This document shows positions 50,601 to 63,591 of a stretch of 64,000 nucleotides of DNA, one piece after another. A program made the translations under genes and the position numbers. This DNA is from Bilabrum cf. latius (lineage: Eukaryota): positions 744,001 to 808,000 of the forward strand of contig OZ237764.1 in assembly GCA_965178125.1 (NCBI GenBank). The letters run 5' to 3'. How positions within the stretch are numbered: the stretch's first letter is position 1; each line of letters begins with the position of its first letter. A model generated the notes under the pieces. The model did no database searches, was not told where the DNA came from, and saw nothing but the letters and a program-made list of their open reading frames with translations.

Positions 50601-53600
50601 TGGCCGAGTCGCTCGCTGACGGCGGGGCGGATGCTGCGGGGGCCGACGGGGACTCGGCGACTGGCGGGGACGGGCTGGGTGGCAGCAGGCGGTCCTCGAA
50701 GCTGGACGGAGGAGCCATGAAGGAACCTTCGTTTTCGCAGTGGTTCGGCGTGGAGAAGCTGAACCGGTACGGGCAGTGGCAGGCCAGAGCGCTCCGGCTG
50801 CATCTTGTCGAGAGGCAGCTGCTCGTGCACCGCTCCAAGACGGAGGCGGAGCAGCACAACTTCGAAGCCACGGACGTGGCCAAAGTCGTCAGGGTGGCCA
50901 CGGAACAGCGGGATCAGCTGCGGCTGGGCTTCCGCCCGGAGCTAGAGGAGAAGGACTACGATCTCAAGTTCGAGGGAGGGGAGACGGGGCGGGATGACTT
51001 CGTGCGGATGCTGCAGATGCTCGGGGGCAGCACCCTGCTTGTGGAGGACGAGGGAGAGGACTACTCCAGCCAGGGAACAGGGCTGTTCCTCACCCAGAAA
51101 GTGGGTAAAGGCGCGCTCTTCGTGGCCGTGCAGCCGGACGCCCGCATCCTCGTGCACGGGTCGGACCGAGGCGCGGTGCAGGCATCAGCCAGGGCAGCAG
51201 AGGACGCTGCGCTCCTGGGGAGCGGAGACCCCCTGAGTGCGGCTGCGCACGCTGCCGTGAGTATGGGCTCCGCCGGCTCGGACGTGAAGTCTGTCCGCAT
51301 CACGTGGCGCACGTTGATCCACCCGTGCAACCTCGATCCCACCCGCGCCGTGGTGTGCCCTCATGGCGAAGAGGCGCCCGTCCCGCGCGCCCCAGTGGCG
51401 CCGCAGCGCCAGTCCACGGCCCCCCGTTCGGGACGCCGCCTTTCCTCGCTGATCGATATCATGGGGAACAAGTCGGGGGGCCCCCTCTGGGGGGCGGCAC
51501 ACCCGGGCGGGGCTGACAAGGGCAGCATGGAGCTGATCTTCTCCTCCCCGCAAGCCAGGGACAGGTTCACAGGGCTGCTGCGGGCCGTGTCCGAGGGCAT
51601 CGACATCCCGCTGGCTAGAGCCACTGGGGTGCGCCGACTGGCGGCTGCGGCGGCCCAGGAGCCCGGTAGAGAGACGGCCACTGCGCAGCGGCTCACGCGG
51701 GAGGGCGCGCTGGTGTGCGCGGCCACGTGGAACGTGGGCGACTCGAAGCCGCCCAAGGACCCCTCCGAGCTGTGGCCCTGGCTGCCCCCCGGTCGCTTTG
51801 ACATCTACGCCATCGGTCTGCAGGAGTGCTCGAGCCTGCAGTCATGGGTGAGCACCATCTGCGATGCCATCTCCTCCAGCGACACATCCTCAGCGACGGG
51901 GGCTGGGCCGGGCGCAGCGGCAGGTGGTGCCAAGTCCGCCCCCAGTGCCGATGCCAACGGGGCCCCAGCCGACGCGCTGGAGTACCTCAAGAGCAGGCCG
52001 GGCAACTTCGCGCTGGTTGCGAGCCACTCGCTTTGGGAGATGCAGCTGCTCGTATTCGCGCGAGAGGACGTGGCGCGCACGGTTAGCCAGCTGAAGCAGT
52101 CCTCCGTGGCGACCGGGCTGGGCGGGATCATCGGGAACAAGGGGGGTGTGGCCTGCGGCATGGTGCTGGGTGGCACCACCCGCCTGTGCTTCATGACGTG
52201 TCACCTCGCGGCACGGGCCACGAGGCTCCGCACCCGCGCCAGCAATTTCGCCGAGATCCTCCGCCGGCTGGAGGTGGGTCTCACCGCCCAGGGGACCCCT
52301 GCCAACCAGGCGCTGCACGATTACGACCATTTCTTCGTGATGGGAGACCTCAACTACAGGGTGGATCTAGGGTTCCACGGGTCACCGACCGAGTTCCAGA
52401 CGGTGCAGCAGCACATTGACGCGATGGACTTTGCTCCTCTCGAGGCAGCCGACCAGCTGGTGCACTAGAAGGTGAGGGGCAACGTCTTTGCTGGGTTCGA
52501 TGAGCAGCCCATCCGGTTTGCGCCGACGTACCGCATGGTCAAGGGGAAGGCGCTCACCTACAGCAACAAGCGGAACCAGAACATGAGCTGGACCGACAGG
52601 GTGCTATGGAGGTCGGCGGGGGCACTCCGGGGCGGCGTGCAGCCGGTCTTCTACGCCTCGTGCTTCTCGCTGGACAACTCCGACCACAGGCCCGTGTCCG
52701 CGGGGGTGCGCGTGCCGATGCGGCAGCCCTACCTGCACCTGGACCGTGGACTCGGAGCCGGATCAGCTCGGCAGGTGGTGCTGGAGCTGGGCGGGGCCGA
52801 GTTGTGCGATGCTCCGTTGTCTCCCACGGAGCAGGAAGCGGCCGACGCGGGGATGGGCGCTGCCACCGGCTCCCCCGTGTCGCGCTCTCAGTGCCCCAAG
52901 GGACTGATGGAGTTGGCAGGGCCAGACAAGGCGGTCAAAGCGGCGGCCGAGCTGGCCAGCGACAAGAAGGCCAGCAAGAAGGGCAAGCAATCCGCCGTTG
53001 CGCCGCCCAAGCCGGGCAAGATGCCAGACGCAAAGTCCGCGGCAAGGATGGCGGCTGAGGCCCAGGGGGTGGCGCTGGACGCCGGCGGGATCCCGCGGAG
53101 CTGTGGGCCCTCGGGCAAGCGTAAGGGCTTCGATTTCAAGGCGGGCGAGGGGCTGTTCCTCACCGTGTCGGCCCCCTTCGTGGGGTCCACGGCAGCGTCG
53201 GGTGTGGTCCCTGCGCAGGACGCGGGGACTCTGGTCGCGCGATGGAGCGGGGCGCAGCTGCCCCACGCCGTGATGCGGCTGGCAGACGAGTCCTGGATCG
53301 CCGATCAGAACGTGCTACTGACGGTGCGGCGTTCCACGGGCCAGATCGTTGGGCAGGCGGAGCTTCCTCTGCTGGACGCGCGGGCGTATGCCTCGGACCC
53401 CTACGGCTCCATCGATGGGCTCACCCTTGCGCGCGTGCTCGAGCATCCCACTCTGCTGCGAGCGCTGGCTGCCTTCCTCCAGATGGAGCAGACGCCCGAG
53501 CACCTCGCCTTTCTGCTCGTCACACGGTGGTACAGAGAGGCCGTGCTGGAGGTGGGTCACATGGTGAGGGAGGGTGCCGGGCCAGATGTGGTGGCCAGCG

Positions 53601-54709
53601 CCATGGCCGGTGCGGTAGGGATCGCTGCCATGCGCGGGGCTGCCAAAGAGGCGAAGGAGGATGCACAGGCGGCTGCCAAGAGCAAGAGCAAAGGCAAGGC
53701 AAAGGGCAAGAAGAAGGGCAAATCTGCTGCAAGTCTAGGACTGGGTGGGACTGACGAGGCCAGCACGCCGGGGCTGGGCGGCAAGTGGCTGGGCCAGATG
53801 GTGCGGCGCGCGAGGCACAAGGGCAAGGCCGCCATCGCGGTGCGGGTGCAATCCAACCGTGGATCTGCAGCGGCTGCTACTGGTGCTGGGTCGGGAGACG
53901 GGGTGGATCTCCCCGTGTGGGCGCTGAGCCATGTGCATGCGGCGGCCCGCGCCATTGCGCAGGAATACGTGGGCGGGGGCATGCCCTCGGAGGTGAACGT
54001 GCCCGGGTCCATGTCCAAGGCCACCCGGGCTGTGGTTTTGGAGGATATGCTGGGGGCTTGTTCCCTGGGAGGGGCGGAGCCGGGGTCCGATTCCGGATGG
54101 ACGGCAGAGCGCGCGGCTGGCGTGTTCGACACATGCGCAGGGGAGGTGCTAGCGCTGCTGGAGCGGGACAATTTCCCCCGGTTCCAGTCGGCGCTGCAGG
54201 AGAGGGACAGGGCAGGGGCCAGGGCTGCGTACGGCAAAGGGGGTGGCGTCGCCGCGCTGGGCCAGGGTGCGCCATTCTGCGTGCAGCTGGTGCGTGACGG
54301 GAGGTCGGTGGGGTCCCTCCGAGGTAAGGCTCGTCTCCTGACGGTGGGTGCATCGTGCTGCAGGGCAGAGACAGCGAGGGAGTGCAGACAGCTCGAGTCC
54401 AGGAGGCAGCTCATCAGCGCGGAGAGCTCCATGGCCAGTCTGGCGGCAGCACAGGCGATGGGGGCTGGGCTGGCTGGAGGCGGGGCGGCCGGGGCAGCGG
54501 AGGGCGGCGCCGTGGAGGTGGAGGGGGAGGGGGCGGATGACCTGGAGCTGGGGAGCGACGATGACGAGGACCTGATGGCTGGCCTGCTGCAGGGGGGCTC
54601 CTCGCTCAAGAAAGTCGAGGTTGCAACCGGCGGCGGGACGGACGCGGACTTGGACCCCGGCTCGGAGATGGAGGATGAGGACGATGAGGATGATGATGAC
54701 GATGAGTGA
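47609..54709 (+). CDS. Giant inositol polyphosphate 5-phosphatase (~2366 aa): WW repeats, Pro-rich, cNMP-binding domains, RGS-like, PH-like, 5-phosphatase, second RGS-like
   Basis: TWNVG, IGLQE, GNKGGV, CHLAA, GDLNYR, FAPTY, SWTDRVLW, SDHRPV; cNMP motif FFGEMSML; WW motif YWHNVDTDESTWDRP. One 7.1-kb frame with 8 TAG (47714, 47795, 48128, 48257, 48476, 48500, 50339, 52466); ends TGA 54707-54709. Confidence 0.88.
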
Positions 54710-54933
54710 GGTGGGCTCGAAGCGGCATGTGTCGGCTTGCTTTGAACCAATATAGGTGATTGATGCGGCCCGGGTGCGCCCGCACTTCTCGCGCGCTGGA
54801 CCCGAGGCTGCAATGTGCGTGTGACTGTGACTGGTTGTGTTGACGACAGACGAACTGATTCACTCTTCTTCCGGTTTCCCAGCTTGCGTGCCGTTGGTGC
54901 AGCCGTAGCGTCTCTAAGCAGCTGCAAGGCACC

Positions 54934-57900
54934 ATGTCTTGTTTAACTTTCAGTTTGTATATTGCAGTTGTACTGTCTACTGGCATTATCGCGGGGGTTA
55001 CCGCACTATTGCTGGAAGATGCCTATCAAGACGTCGGCCGTGTATGGCAGTTGGTCTTGCCATCATCTGTGCTGGCCGCAGATTTGCTGATTCAAGGTAG
55101 GAACCCTGCCGCAAGCCATACAATTGTATAATTTAGGGGAGTACCGTCGTGTCTAGCTTACTCACTCGCTAGCTCTTCCTACCGCAGCTGGATGCATTAT
55201 TTGTGTGTGGTCCAACATTGTGCCACAGCACCCTGCATTCATGTCACTCCGCTGGGCCGTCGTTCCAGTTCGTATGGCTACAGCTGTTTGGATAGGAATT
55301 GCAGACGCCTAGCTGTACGGCAGCGCGCTGAATCCGACTGGCGCTGTCCCGGAGTTCGTGCTTCGGGGCCTTGTGGCCGGGACTGTCGCCGTACCTGGAA
55401 GCACCCTCGATTTTATCTTTGTGACTGCAGCACAGAGTGCTTCAATGAAAGATGAGGAAACAAGCGATGGGTCTTCCAGCGATCGCGCTGCGGCTACCGC
55501 CCCCCTGCTCTCGGACGTAAGTGGCATCACGACGCCGGGCGACGGCACCGAGGCAGAGTCACTGGCGGAGGCAGGCGCGAGAGTGCCGATCCTTGCACGA
55601 GATGAGAGCGTTGAACAGGCAGACAGTGCATTCGTCTCGCTGACAAGCGCCAACAGAGGCTTGGAATCGAACCTGGTGGACGAGGACGATGACGGACACA
55701 GGCGCAGCAGAGGCGGAGCACCTGCTAGTGCGATTGGGGCAGCTGTGCACCACCACGTTCGATTCAGCTCCGATCGGATGGTGAGACATTGCACACTCAA
55801 CGGAGACCCATCATCGCCGCCAACCGGCAGTGGATCCACCGAGGAAGAGCCCCGCCAGCAGTGCAGGGCGCCTGCCCTCAGAGCCGGTGTGTTGATGGAC
55901 GATGTGCAGGGGCATGGACAGCAACATGAACCTGATGAATGCTATGGTGGCTTGCAGAGGAGCTGGATCGCTGTGCAGCAGCAATGGGAAGAGGAGCAGA
56001 CCGAGGCAGAGGCTGCAGGGCATTCAGATTGCCGCCTGCACGAGGACAAGCAGCCTAGTCCTGGCACGCCCGCCACCCTCATCCAGGGGCCGGAGGGATA
56101 TCATCTGCTGCAGACTGCCTAGCCCGCGCAGGGCCCCACTGACGGAAGCTCGGGTCGCGAGAGCCAGCGCTCCTCCCCTGCCTCCACCCCATCAGCTGAA
56201 AGGGCCTCCCCCGCCACCTCCCCCTCGCCCTCGGCGACTGAAACCAGCGAGAGAGGAGAGGAAACCCCCTGCCTCCCGCCGAGCCTACCCGGCTCACCCG
56301 ATGGGGCCGGGGCTCTCGAGGACAGCAACAAGATCGGGAGGAGCCTCTCCCCCGGGAAAGGCGTGTCGAAATCCACCGGTGGATCACCGCTGACTCGCGC
56401 CCCAGGTCTCGTGCCGAGCACTGCCGTGAAGCGGACAGGACTTCTTGCTCCCTTGCTGCTGGACCACAGGCAGCAGCAAGAAGAGGATGATAGGGAGAAC
56501 ATGTGCAGGGAACAACAGTGTGAGACCCGTGGTACTGGGCGGGCCCCACGACGCCGGTCCTCCGGGTCACCCACCTCCAGCTCAACCTCAACCTCCCCAG
56601 GAAGGTCGGGCGGGACAGACCTGCTTGCAGGGGCCCGGCTGACCCCGGCAACCGTCCCTCTGGCCCTGCCGTCATCCACCGGTGGGCTCGTGAACAGACC
56701 GGGCGATGAGCTGCACTAGGGTGGCAGCGGCGCACCATCGTGCGATGCATCGATGCCAGCAGAGTCAGGCCGAACTACGCCCCCGCAAGCAGCCCAAGGT
56801 ACTAGCGACGAGGCAAGTGGACCGCAGGTGCAGCTTGGGAGCATACCCCCCGCGTCTGCCCGCAGCAAGGGCGGCAGGAGCATGGGCGGAGTCACAGCGC
56901 CCACCGTGCCTCTGTTCCTCAGTCCACCGGTGGATTCAGGCAGGGAGCGCAGTTAGGCAGGGGAGTCAACTGGATCCCGCGCCAAGTTCGCCCCTGCCCG
57001 CACTGCCTCTTTCTCTGGAGCTGCATCAGGTGACTCAGGTGAAGAGGCCGAAAATCACGCACCTGTCCCATCATCGCATGCAAACAGTATTGGAGAAGCA
57101 CTAGACACATCCAGCAGCAATAAAGGGGGCTATCACCGTGGTATCCAATAGGCCAAGTCCAGCGGCAAGGCAGTGGTGGTATCCAGTGGCACTCATCACG
57201 AGGACCAATCCGATCGACCCAGCCCAGCCACTGCGGGCCGGGAGATGGCTGCTTCCCTGGTGCAATCGTACGTCGATGCCCGCCGGGTGGCACAGGGGGC
57301 GGGCCTGCCCCCGTCCCCTCCTGAGACCCAGACTGAGGCATCCGCAAGGAGCAGTCCCGCAGTGTCGGGGATGGGGTACCTTGCAGTGGGCGGGAAGGAT
57401 GGGGCAGAGGGCAGCATAGTTGAAGAAAACGGAGATGAGGGCGAGGCTGGACCTACGATGGCAAAGGTCAAGCCCGAAGCAGGGGCCGGGGCCGGGGCCG
57501 GGGCACAGTCGCTGTTCCCCCAGGCCCGGAAGGGTGGCACACATGTGCACTTCGATCACGAAGCCGAGTCGATGAGCAGTACGCCGTCCGATGGCGATGC
57601 GATGGGTGTCAATGTGACGGGTCAACAGGCTGAATCATCATCGGTAGGCCAGCAGCCATCTCCGGCGACGGTCGCATCGGCTGGCAACGGCAGGACACCG
57701 CTGGCCGACGTGCCTGCAGGCAGCCTGCCATCGAGCGGGGAGTCCTCTCCGAAGCATGAAGGGAGTGGCCCCGGGCTTGGGCTGGGAGTGCACGTGAGAC
57801 TGCCTGTGGGGCTAGATCTGGCGCTGGCTCACGGAGGCCTGCTTGCGGAGAGAGGTGCAGGTGTCCCGGCTGCGGCTGGAAGCGGTGATGCAAGGAGTGT

Positions 57901-58294
57901 AGGGCTCAGAGCGAAGACACCCCTTGCCGGGGTGATGGGGAGTCCCTCATTGGACTTTGACAGCCCTTACTCTGATGACGACGACTTCCAGTCGCTGTAC
58001 CCCGATGGGGACGGAGATGGGGGGAGCGGTGGGTCGCCGGCTCGATCGAGGGGGGCAAGGAGCAGGCGCAGCGCCAGGTCCCGAGGGGGGAGGAGCGCCG
58101 GTGGCAGATCAAGGAGGAAATCCGATGACAGCATCCATGCGTTTTCCAGTTTAGGCGCAGGTGCAGACATGCCGGGGAGCTTGCCATCGGATACAGTGCC
58201 CAGCTCGCCGACCAGAAGCAGGCAAGGGCCCAGGCGAGCGCTGATGGGGTCTCCTCTGGCGAGGGGGTTACCCGTGGAGGGCGATACGCACTGA
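54934..58294 (+). CDS. Hypothetical protein: N-terminal TM helices + long Ser/Gly/Pro-rich disordered tail
   Basis: Intron 55097-55187, then one frame with TAG at 55310, 56120, 56717, 56954, 57149; ends TGA 58292-58294. Confidence 0.65.
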
Positions 58295-58423
58295 CAATGG
58301 CTTGCTTGGAAACACTGTTTGTCGTGAAATCTGTGCAAATCGGGTGCACTGCATGATTGCCTCTCTCGGATGGCCCGCCAGGAGTACGTCAACTATTCAA
58401 GCGCACAGCCTGGCGTTCGCAAT

Positions 58424-59532
58424 ATGGCTGATGTGGATTCCTTTGCAAGTGCAATTATTGGCGGACCAGAGGGTGAGCTTCCATCTACGAGGGTAATAGT
58501 TCTGATTCCATGCACCATAAGTCCTCGTGCCACACTCGCGGTACGGATCCCGCAGGTTTTCACACTTCGGGTGTGAAATCGCTCAGCAGGGTATTATTAG
58601 AGTAGCCAAATTATGGCCGTGATATCGTGAGCTAGGCAACTCGCCCAAAGTCTCGCTGATGATGTGGATCAGTGCGCATCTCGTTTGGTATCTACATGCA
58701 GCACCAGAATCGCAGGCAATGTACGCCACCCGAGCAGAGCAGCGTATTTCTGGTAACATTGGACGACCAGTAAGTCCCAAACGATCACCGCTGCTTTTCA
58801 ATATTTTGCCGTTTTGCTGTCAAGCAAGTAGCAAGCAAGTAGCAAGCAACGCGCGCCCCCTCCCGCTCCGCAGACTGCACCCACTACCATGCCAGCGGCC
58901 GTGTGCTATGAAGCCGTGGAGACTGCGCGTTTTATTGTTGGGTGGGTAGCATACATTTACTCTCTGCATATCACCATGCCATTTTGAATCGGCTGCCCAT
59001 GTCCATCGTTGCAACAACATCGGATCGCTTGCTGCTTTCCCGCAGGTCTGCACTCCGCGCCGGGTGCTCGCCCGCAGACATGTAGTCCCAGCTACAGGAT
59101 GAAACCGACCTGTCTCCCGCAGCAATTGCATCGCTACGGTCGGCCATGGAGAGATGCTCGGTCAAAGGGCCGGAGGCAGCCAGCAGCGGGGCAGGAGCTG
59201 CGGGCGAGGTGGCTGCACCTTCGGGCAGCGGCAGCGGCAGAGCGGGAGCCAGCACCCCTTCTATCGGGCGCCTGCACGACGTCAGCTGGTCTGTGGCGGC
59301 CGTGGTGGCATCATCGAAGCGACCCACGGCAGGCGGCATCGCAGCTGCAGTCACGCTGGCCATCGATGTGGCAGACCCGGACGGTGCGGAGGGCTATGAC
59401 CGGGGGAGCGGGGAGGGTGCCGATGGAGACGTGGGTGGGGTGCGGAGGGCGGCCATGGAGCTGTCTGTGGAGGAGCTGAGGCAGCTGCGTAGGGAGCTGG
59501 GGCGAGTACAAGCTGCCATGGCAAGGGTGTGA
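58424..59532 (+). CDS. COMM-domain (COMMD family) protein; 5' exons uncertain
   Basis: Last exon GRLHDVSWSVAAVVASS...MELSVEELRQLRRELGRV fits the COMM domain pattern. In-frame TAG 59083; ends TGA 59530-59532. Confidence 0.65.
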
Positions 59533-59625
59533 CATGTTGTCCATGCGCCAGAATCTGCATGAACGGTTCAATCATCGCGTTTCAACCACGCCATGCGAGG
59601 AGTTTAATTGCAAAATGCCTACCAT

Positions 59626-62377
59626 TTAGCGGCTTGGCTGGGACCCTCTCGCTATGCGCAGCACGACCGGCACAAGGGGGGGCAAGTCCACCACCAAGCG
59701 ACCCGTTGCAGGGCCTGCTGCGCATCCTCCCGACGATATATTTCCATAAGACACACCTTGGCCAATGTTAGCGTCGCACTGGCGCCACTCGATCAAATCG
59801 AATGCGCTGCTTGCCGCAACGGACGACACACCAGGTCCAACAAACACATTCACGGACACTGCGGCAGCGCGCAGATTCTGTAGCACCAGCGTCGGGCCGG
59901 CAGCTGGCCCTTGCCTTGGTGCCTGCAATGCCCCAACGATCCCAGCCGGTCTCCCCTCGGTTGCACCGCAGTACACCCCGAATGCGGGGCTGGGCGCATC
60001 TGCAAGCGAGTCATCTCCCGCTGCCAGAGCACACAGCAAAGTCTGATTGTCTCCCTGGAGAGCATTAGCAGCCGACCGGTCCAGCAGCCCTCCCGGCGCT
60101 GCCATGGCTCTCGATCCGCCATCCATGTCAATCTGGCCGTACGAAGCACCCTACTGCAGCCATGCAAGGGCAGAGTCATTCCGCGGTCGGCCCTGCGAGT
60201 CGTACCGAAGCGCTGCTGAATCTGGGGCAAGCACGTCCGATCCGTTGCCGAACACCAGCAGCTCATGGCTTGACTCACTCTCTCCTGCTGCCGAATCCAA
60301 TGTGCCTGCCCACTGCTGCATCGCCTGCATCGCCGCATCGCTCACGTGCGACGAGCCAGGTACCACCAGCAGCCTGGTGTCCCTCGGAATGCCCCAAGCA
60401 CCCCGCGCACTCAGGTCAGACTCGGCCACCCACCCCAACGGATACCCGCGCAGGTGGAAAAACACTGCTTGCGCTACAACTGCCGTGCGAGACGTGGCCA
60501 GCTCATCCGAGATGAACGAAGACTCGGAGTACAAAATCCTCACAGGCCTGACGGTCCTCTGCCCGTGTCCCATCGCATCCATGCCAAGCGACGAGATCTC
60601 GATCCCGGCCCTCTAATACCCGTCCATAGCTCCTGGCAGCATGGCCATCGACCACGTGGTGTGAGTCAGCGGGTCAAGCAGAGCCGCAGGCGGGCTGTTG
60701 CGCATGCACACATCCTGCTGCAGGGCTCCCCTGGCCCACACCCAGGCCTCTGCCCCTGCGAGCCCCTGCGATGCCCCGAACCACAGCGCGCCCCTCACGT
60801 AAGATGGCGTGATCTCGCCGTGTGCCCCCCTGTATCGAGAGGTGGAGATGTCGTGCCATTCCGTGTCCAGGAGAGGCTTGTTAGGCGCAATGCTGCGACT
60901 CAGGGTGTAGCCCATGGCGGTGCTGACCCAGTCCACCGCCCAGTAGCTCGCGTTCCAGGCCCACTGTTCCCTGGGCAGGATCAGGTGCACCCCGGCATCG
61001 TCGGCGGGCAAGAATCTAGAGTCCATGGCAGACACGTCCATGGCCCGAGTGAGCGCCACGCGGTCGATGCCGAAGCGGGAGGGGGCAGCGAAGGCCAGCT
61101 GGTTCTGGACCTTTACCATGCAGGACGGAGGGGGCAGCGAGGGAGCACTACCGTGTGCTGCACCTGCCAGATCATCTGCATAGGCGGCCGCAGCCTTCAT
61201 GGCCGTGAACCACTTCGTGACCCTGTCGTTGTTGAACCGGGCCCAGTCCGACCAGCGGCCCGCCACTCCCGGCCTGTTGCTGGGGTCTACCCCAGTGCCC
61301 AGAGCTGGGGGCGGGTACGGGGGCACCTGGGCGGGAATGTCTTTAAAATAGGCGAAGCTTGTGTTCCAGGCATCGTTCATGGCCTAAATGATGCCATTGT
61401 ACTTGCGATCCATGGCCGATCTGAACTTGTCGAACGTGAAAGGGGACGCTGTGGAGGTGAACCCCGGCTCATTGGCAAGAAGGTAGGGGCGGAACTGGCG
61501 ACCAACCGCTGCAGCAGCCTGTCGCTCGATGGACACGCTGATGTTGTACACCAGCTGCACCGCGGGAACTGCTCCCGGGTTGTCAATGTCGATCCCGATG
61601 AAGTGCTGCTTCCACCCCGGGCCGGTTACATTGTTAATGCCAGGGTACTTTGCCTCGAACCAGGGGGGCAGGTGATCTGCCAGCGAAAAGAAACGCGCGG
61701 GAAGGTCACCGACGGCTCCGTGCACCTCCATCTCTGCCTGGTAGCGGGAAGCCCCTTCAGGGTCAGGGGCTGGCCCTCGCGGCACGAGCTGCCACGGTGC
61801 CGTCTTGACGTCTGCGAGCACAGAACGCATTCCCTGAGCCGTGCCGTCAGCGCAGGACGGGCCCTGGTTGTACCCCGTGAGAAATAGTGGGGACATTACT
61901 GTCGTGGTGTTCGACTGCCGCAGACCACTGGCAACTGACCAGAAGACCCCTCCCAGCTGGACGATGCCACCTCTCGAGCCGTTGGCCGGCGGTACCGTAA
62001 AGCGCGAAGACGGCTGTTCCATGGCGATCTCACCCGCACGAATGGCGCTCTCAATCAAATACAGTGTCTATTTTGTTTCGTTCTTGGGAAGCGACACCGC
62101 AAGGGCCTGGTCCCTCTGTGGATCCACGGACTTTGGCCCAAACCACTACTCGAATGCAGCCTGTGACGCACTCACGTGGGCAGAATCGTATGTTATGTAC
62201 TAACAAAAGAGATTTGCAACTAAGAGAGTCGACTCCTCAAAGCCTGAGTCAATAGCACGCGCCTACAATTGCTATGGCGCTCTACACTTCGGGTACTTCG
62301 CATGAACTCCCCTGCTTGCATGCAAGCAATACCACTGGCAGCGCTATTATTATGCTACTAGGAATTACGCGACCCAT
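59626..62377 (-). CDS. Secreted clan GH-A glycoside hydrolase, GH42 beta-galactosidase-like; apparent frameshift near 62270
   Basis: LANEP acid/base motif, KY..I*AMNDAWNTSF, DWARFN, DTEWH. TAG at 60151, 60613, 61384, 62068, 62146, 62200, 62263; ends TAA 59626-59628. Signal peptide from ATG 62377 is in an adjacent frame. Confidence 0.75.
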
Positions 62378-62539
62378 ACTACCAATTTGACGTATCTGAG
62401 AGGTGCCGAAGGGCTGAATGTCCATTCGGCCGAATCTTCATCTTGAACGATTGCGGCACACAAACTTTGGCTGGGCATACAACGAAACGGCTAAACATGT
62501 ATTCCCACAAATTCCACTGCAGACCCTGTAAAACGAGCA

Positions 62540-63329
62540 TCATGAGCCCCCACTCGCCGCACCAGCCCCGGTCGCTGCCCCGGACCCCTTCTTGCCCTTG
62601 CTCTGCTTGACGTTGAGCTCTCTCGCCACCTTGTCCATGAACTCCCTCACCTTTGTAGCGCTCGCCTTCTCATCGACGTCCGCAGAGCGCACGGCAGCTC
62701 GCAGGGCGCCCTCCATGGCCGCAGCCCCGCCGTCCAGCGCCTCGAACTTCCCGATCAGCTCGTCCAGGTCGGACGGCTGCACGTCGCGGCCAATGGCACT
62801 CTTCACAATAACCAAGGACTTCTCCTAGTCCAACTCAGCGTCCAACACGCCAGCGTACTTTGCCTTCAGCACAAGCTCCTCTACCTCATCGGTGTCCTTC
62901 AGATCCAAGTCCTTGCTTAGCTGATCGTAAGATAGCTCGCGGCTAGATTGTGCCATCGTCACAATGGAAAGTTGTTTAAGTTTCGATATGTGCTTGTCGG
63001 TTAGGTCGGGCATTTCTCGTTCCTTGGCTGCGATGGCGGTGCACGCATGATCCGCACTCGCAACATTTGCTACACTTCTTGCGCACTCACTGAACAAATG
63101 TTCCGAATTTCTTACCCTTATAATCTGAATATGTTCCAAAAGCAAACAATTCTAACGCCTTTTTCCACTTGCTCGTAACGACGTGCTTCATTCCATCGTG
63201 GTCAAGAAGCTCGCCAAACACCAGCACCTTTGGATCGGCAAGAGCCTACCGGATTGCCCCATCGATACCGCCTGCCGATGATGCTGAATCAAACAACACG
63301 AAATACTTTTCTAAGGCACCCGCTGACAT
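62540..63329 (-). CDS. COPS7: COP9 signalosome subunit 7 (PCI domain)
   Basis: VFGELL, LELFAFGTYSDY, KLKQLSIVTMA, LD*EK...IGRDV; intron 63028-63115. TAG at 63246 and 62825; ends TGA 62540-62542. Confidence 0.88.
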
Positions 63330-63591
63330 GATATGCTTGAAATGGAATCGTTCTTACCGAGAATGCGGAACCTATCTAGGCCCGTGAAATGCGCGGCGCC
63401 TGACCATCGGTGGTACTGCTGTTTATTCCACAAGAAACCCACCACTGGCCACTACAATCACCAAGAATCGTATGGTTTATGAGTCAATACGGGTTTAAGA
63501 TTACATCTTGAAGTGCTGTGTCGCTAGATCACCCGCTTGGGCAGAGCGAGCGGGTGTCCCAAGTTTTGTTAGCTTTGCAACCCAGCCTGAC

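Noticed and set aside
49084-54927. Long antisense ORFs (e.g. 49084-50901, 53557-54927; likewise 3786-4967, 36828-38144, 60346-61887)
   Set aside because: Shadows of GC-rich coding sequence on the opposite strand; no motifs.
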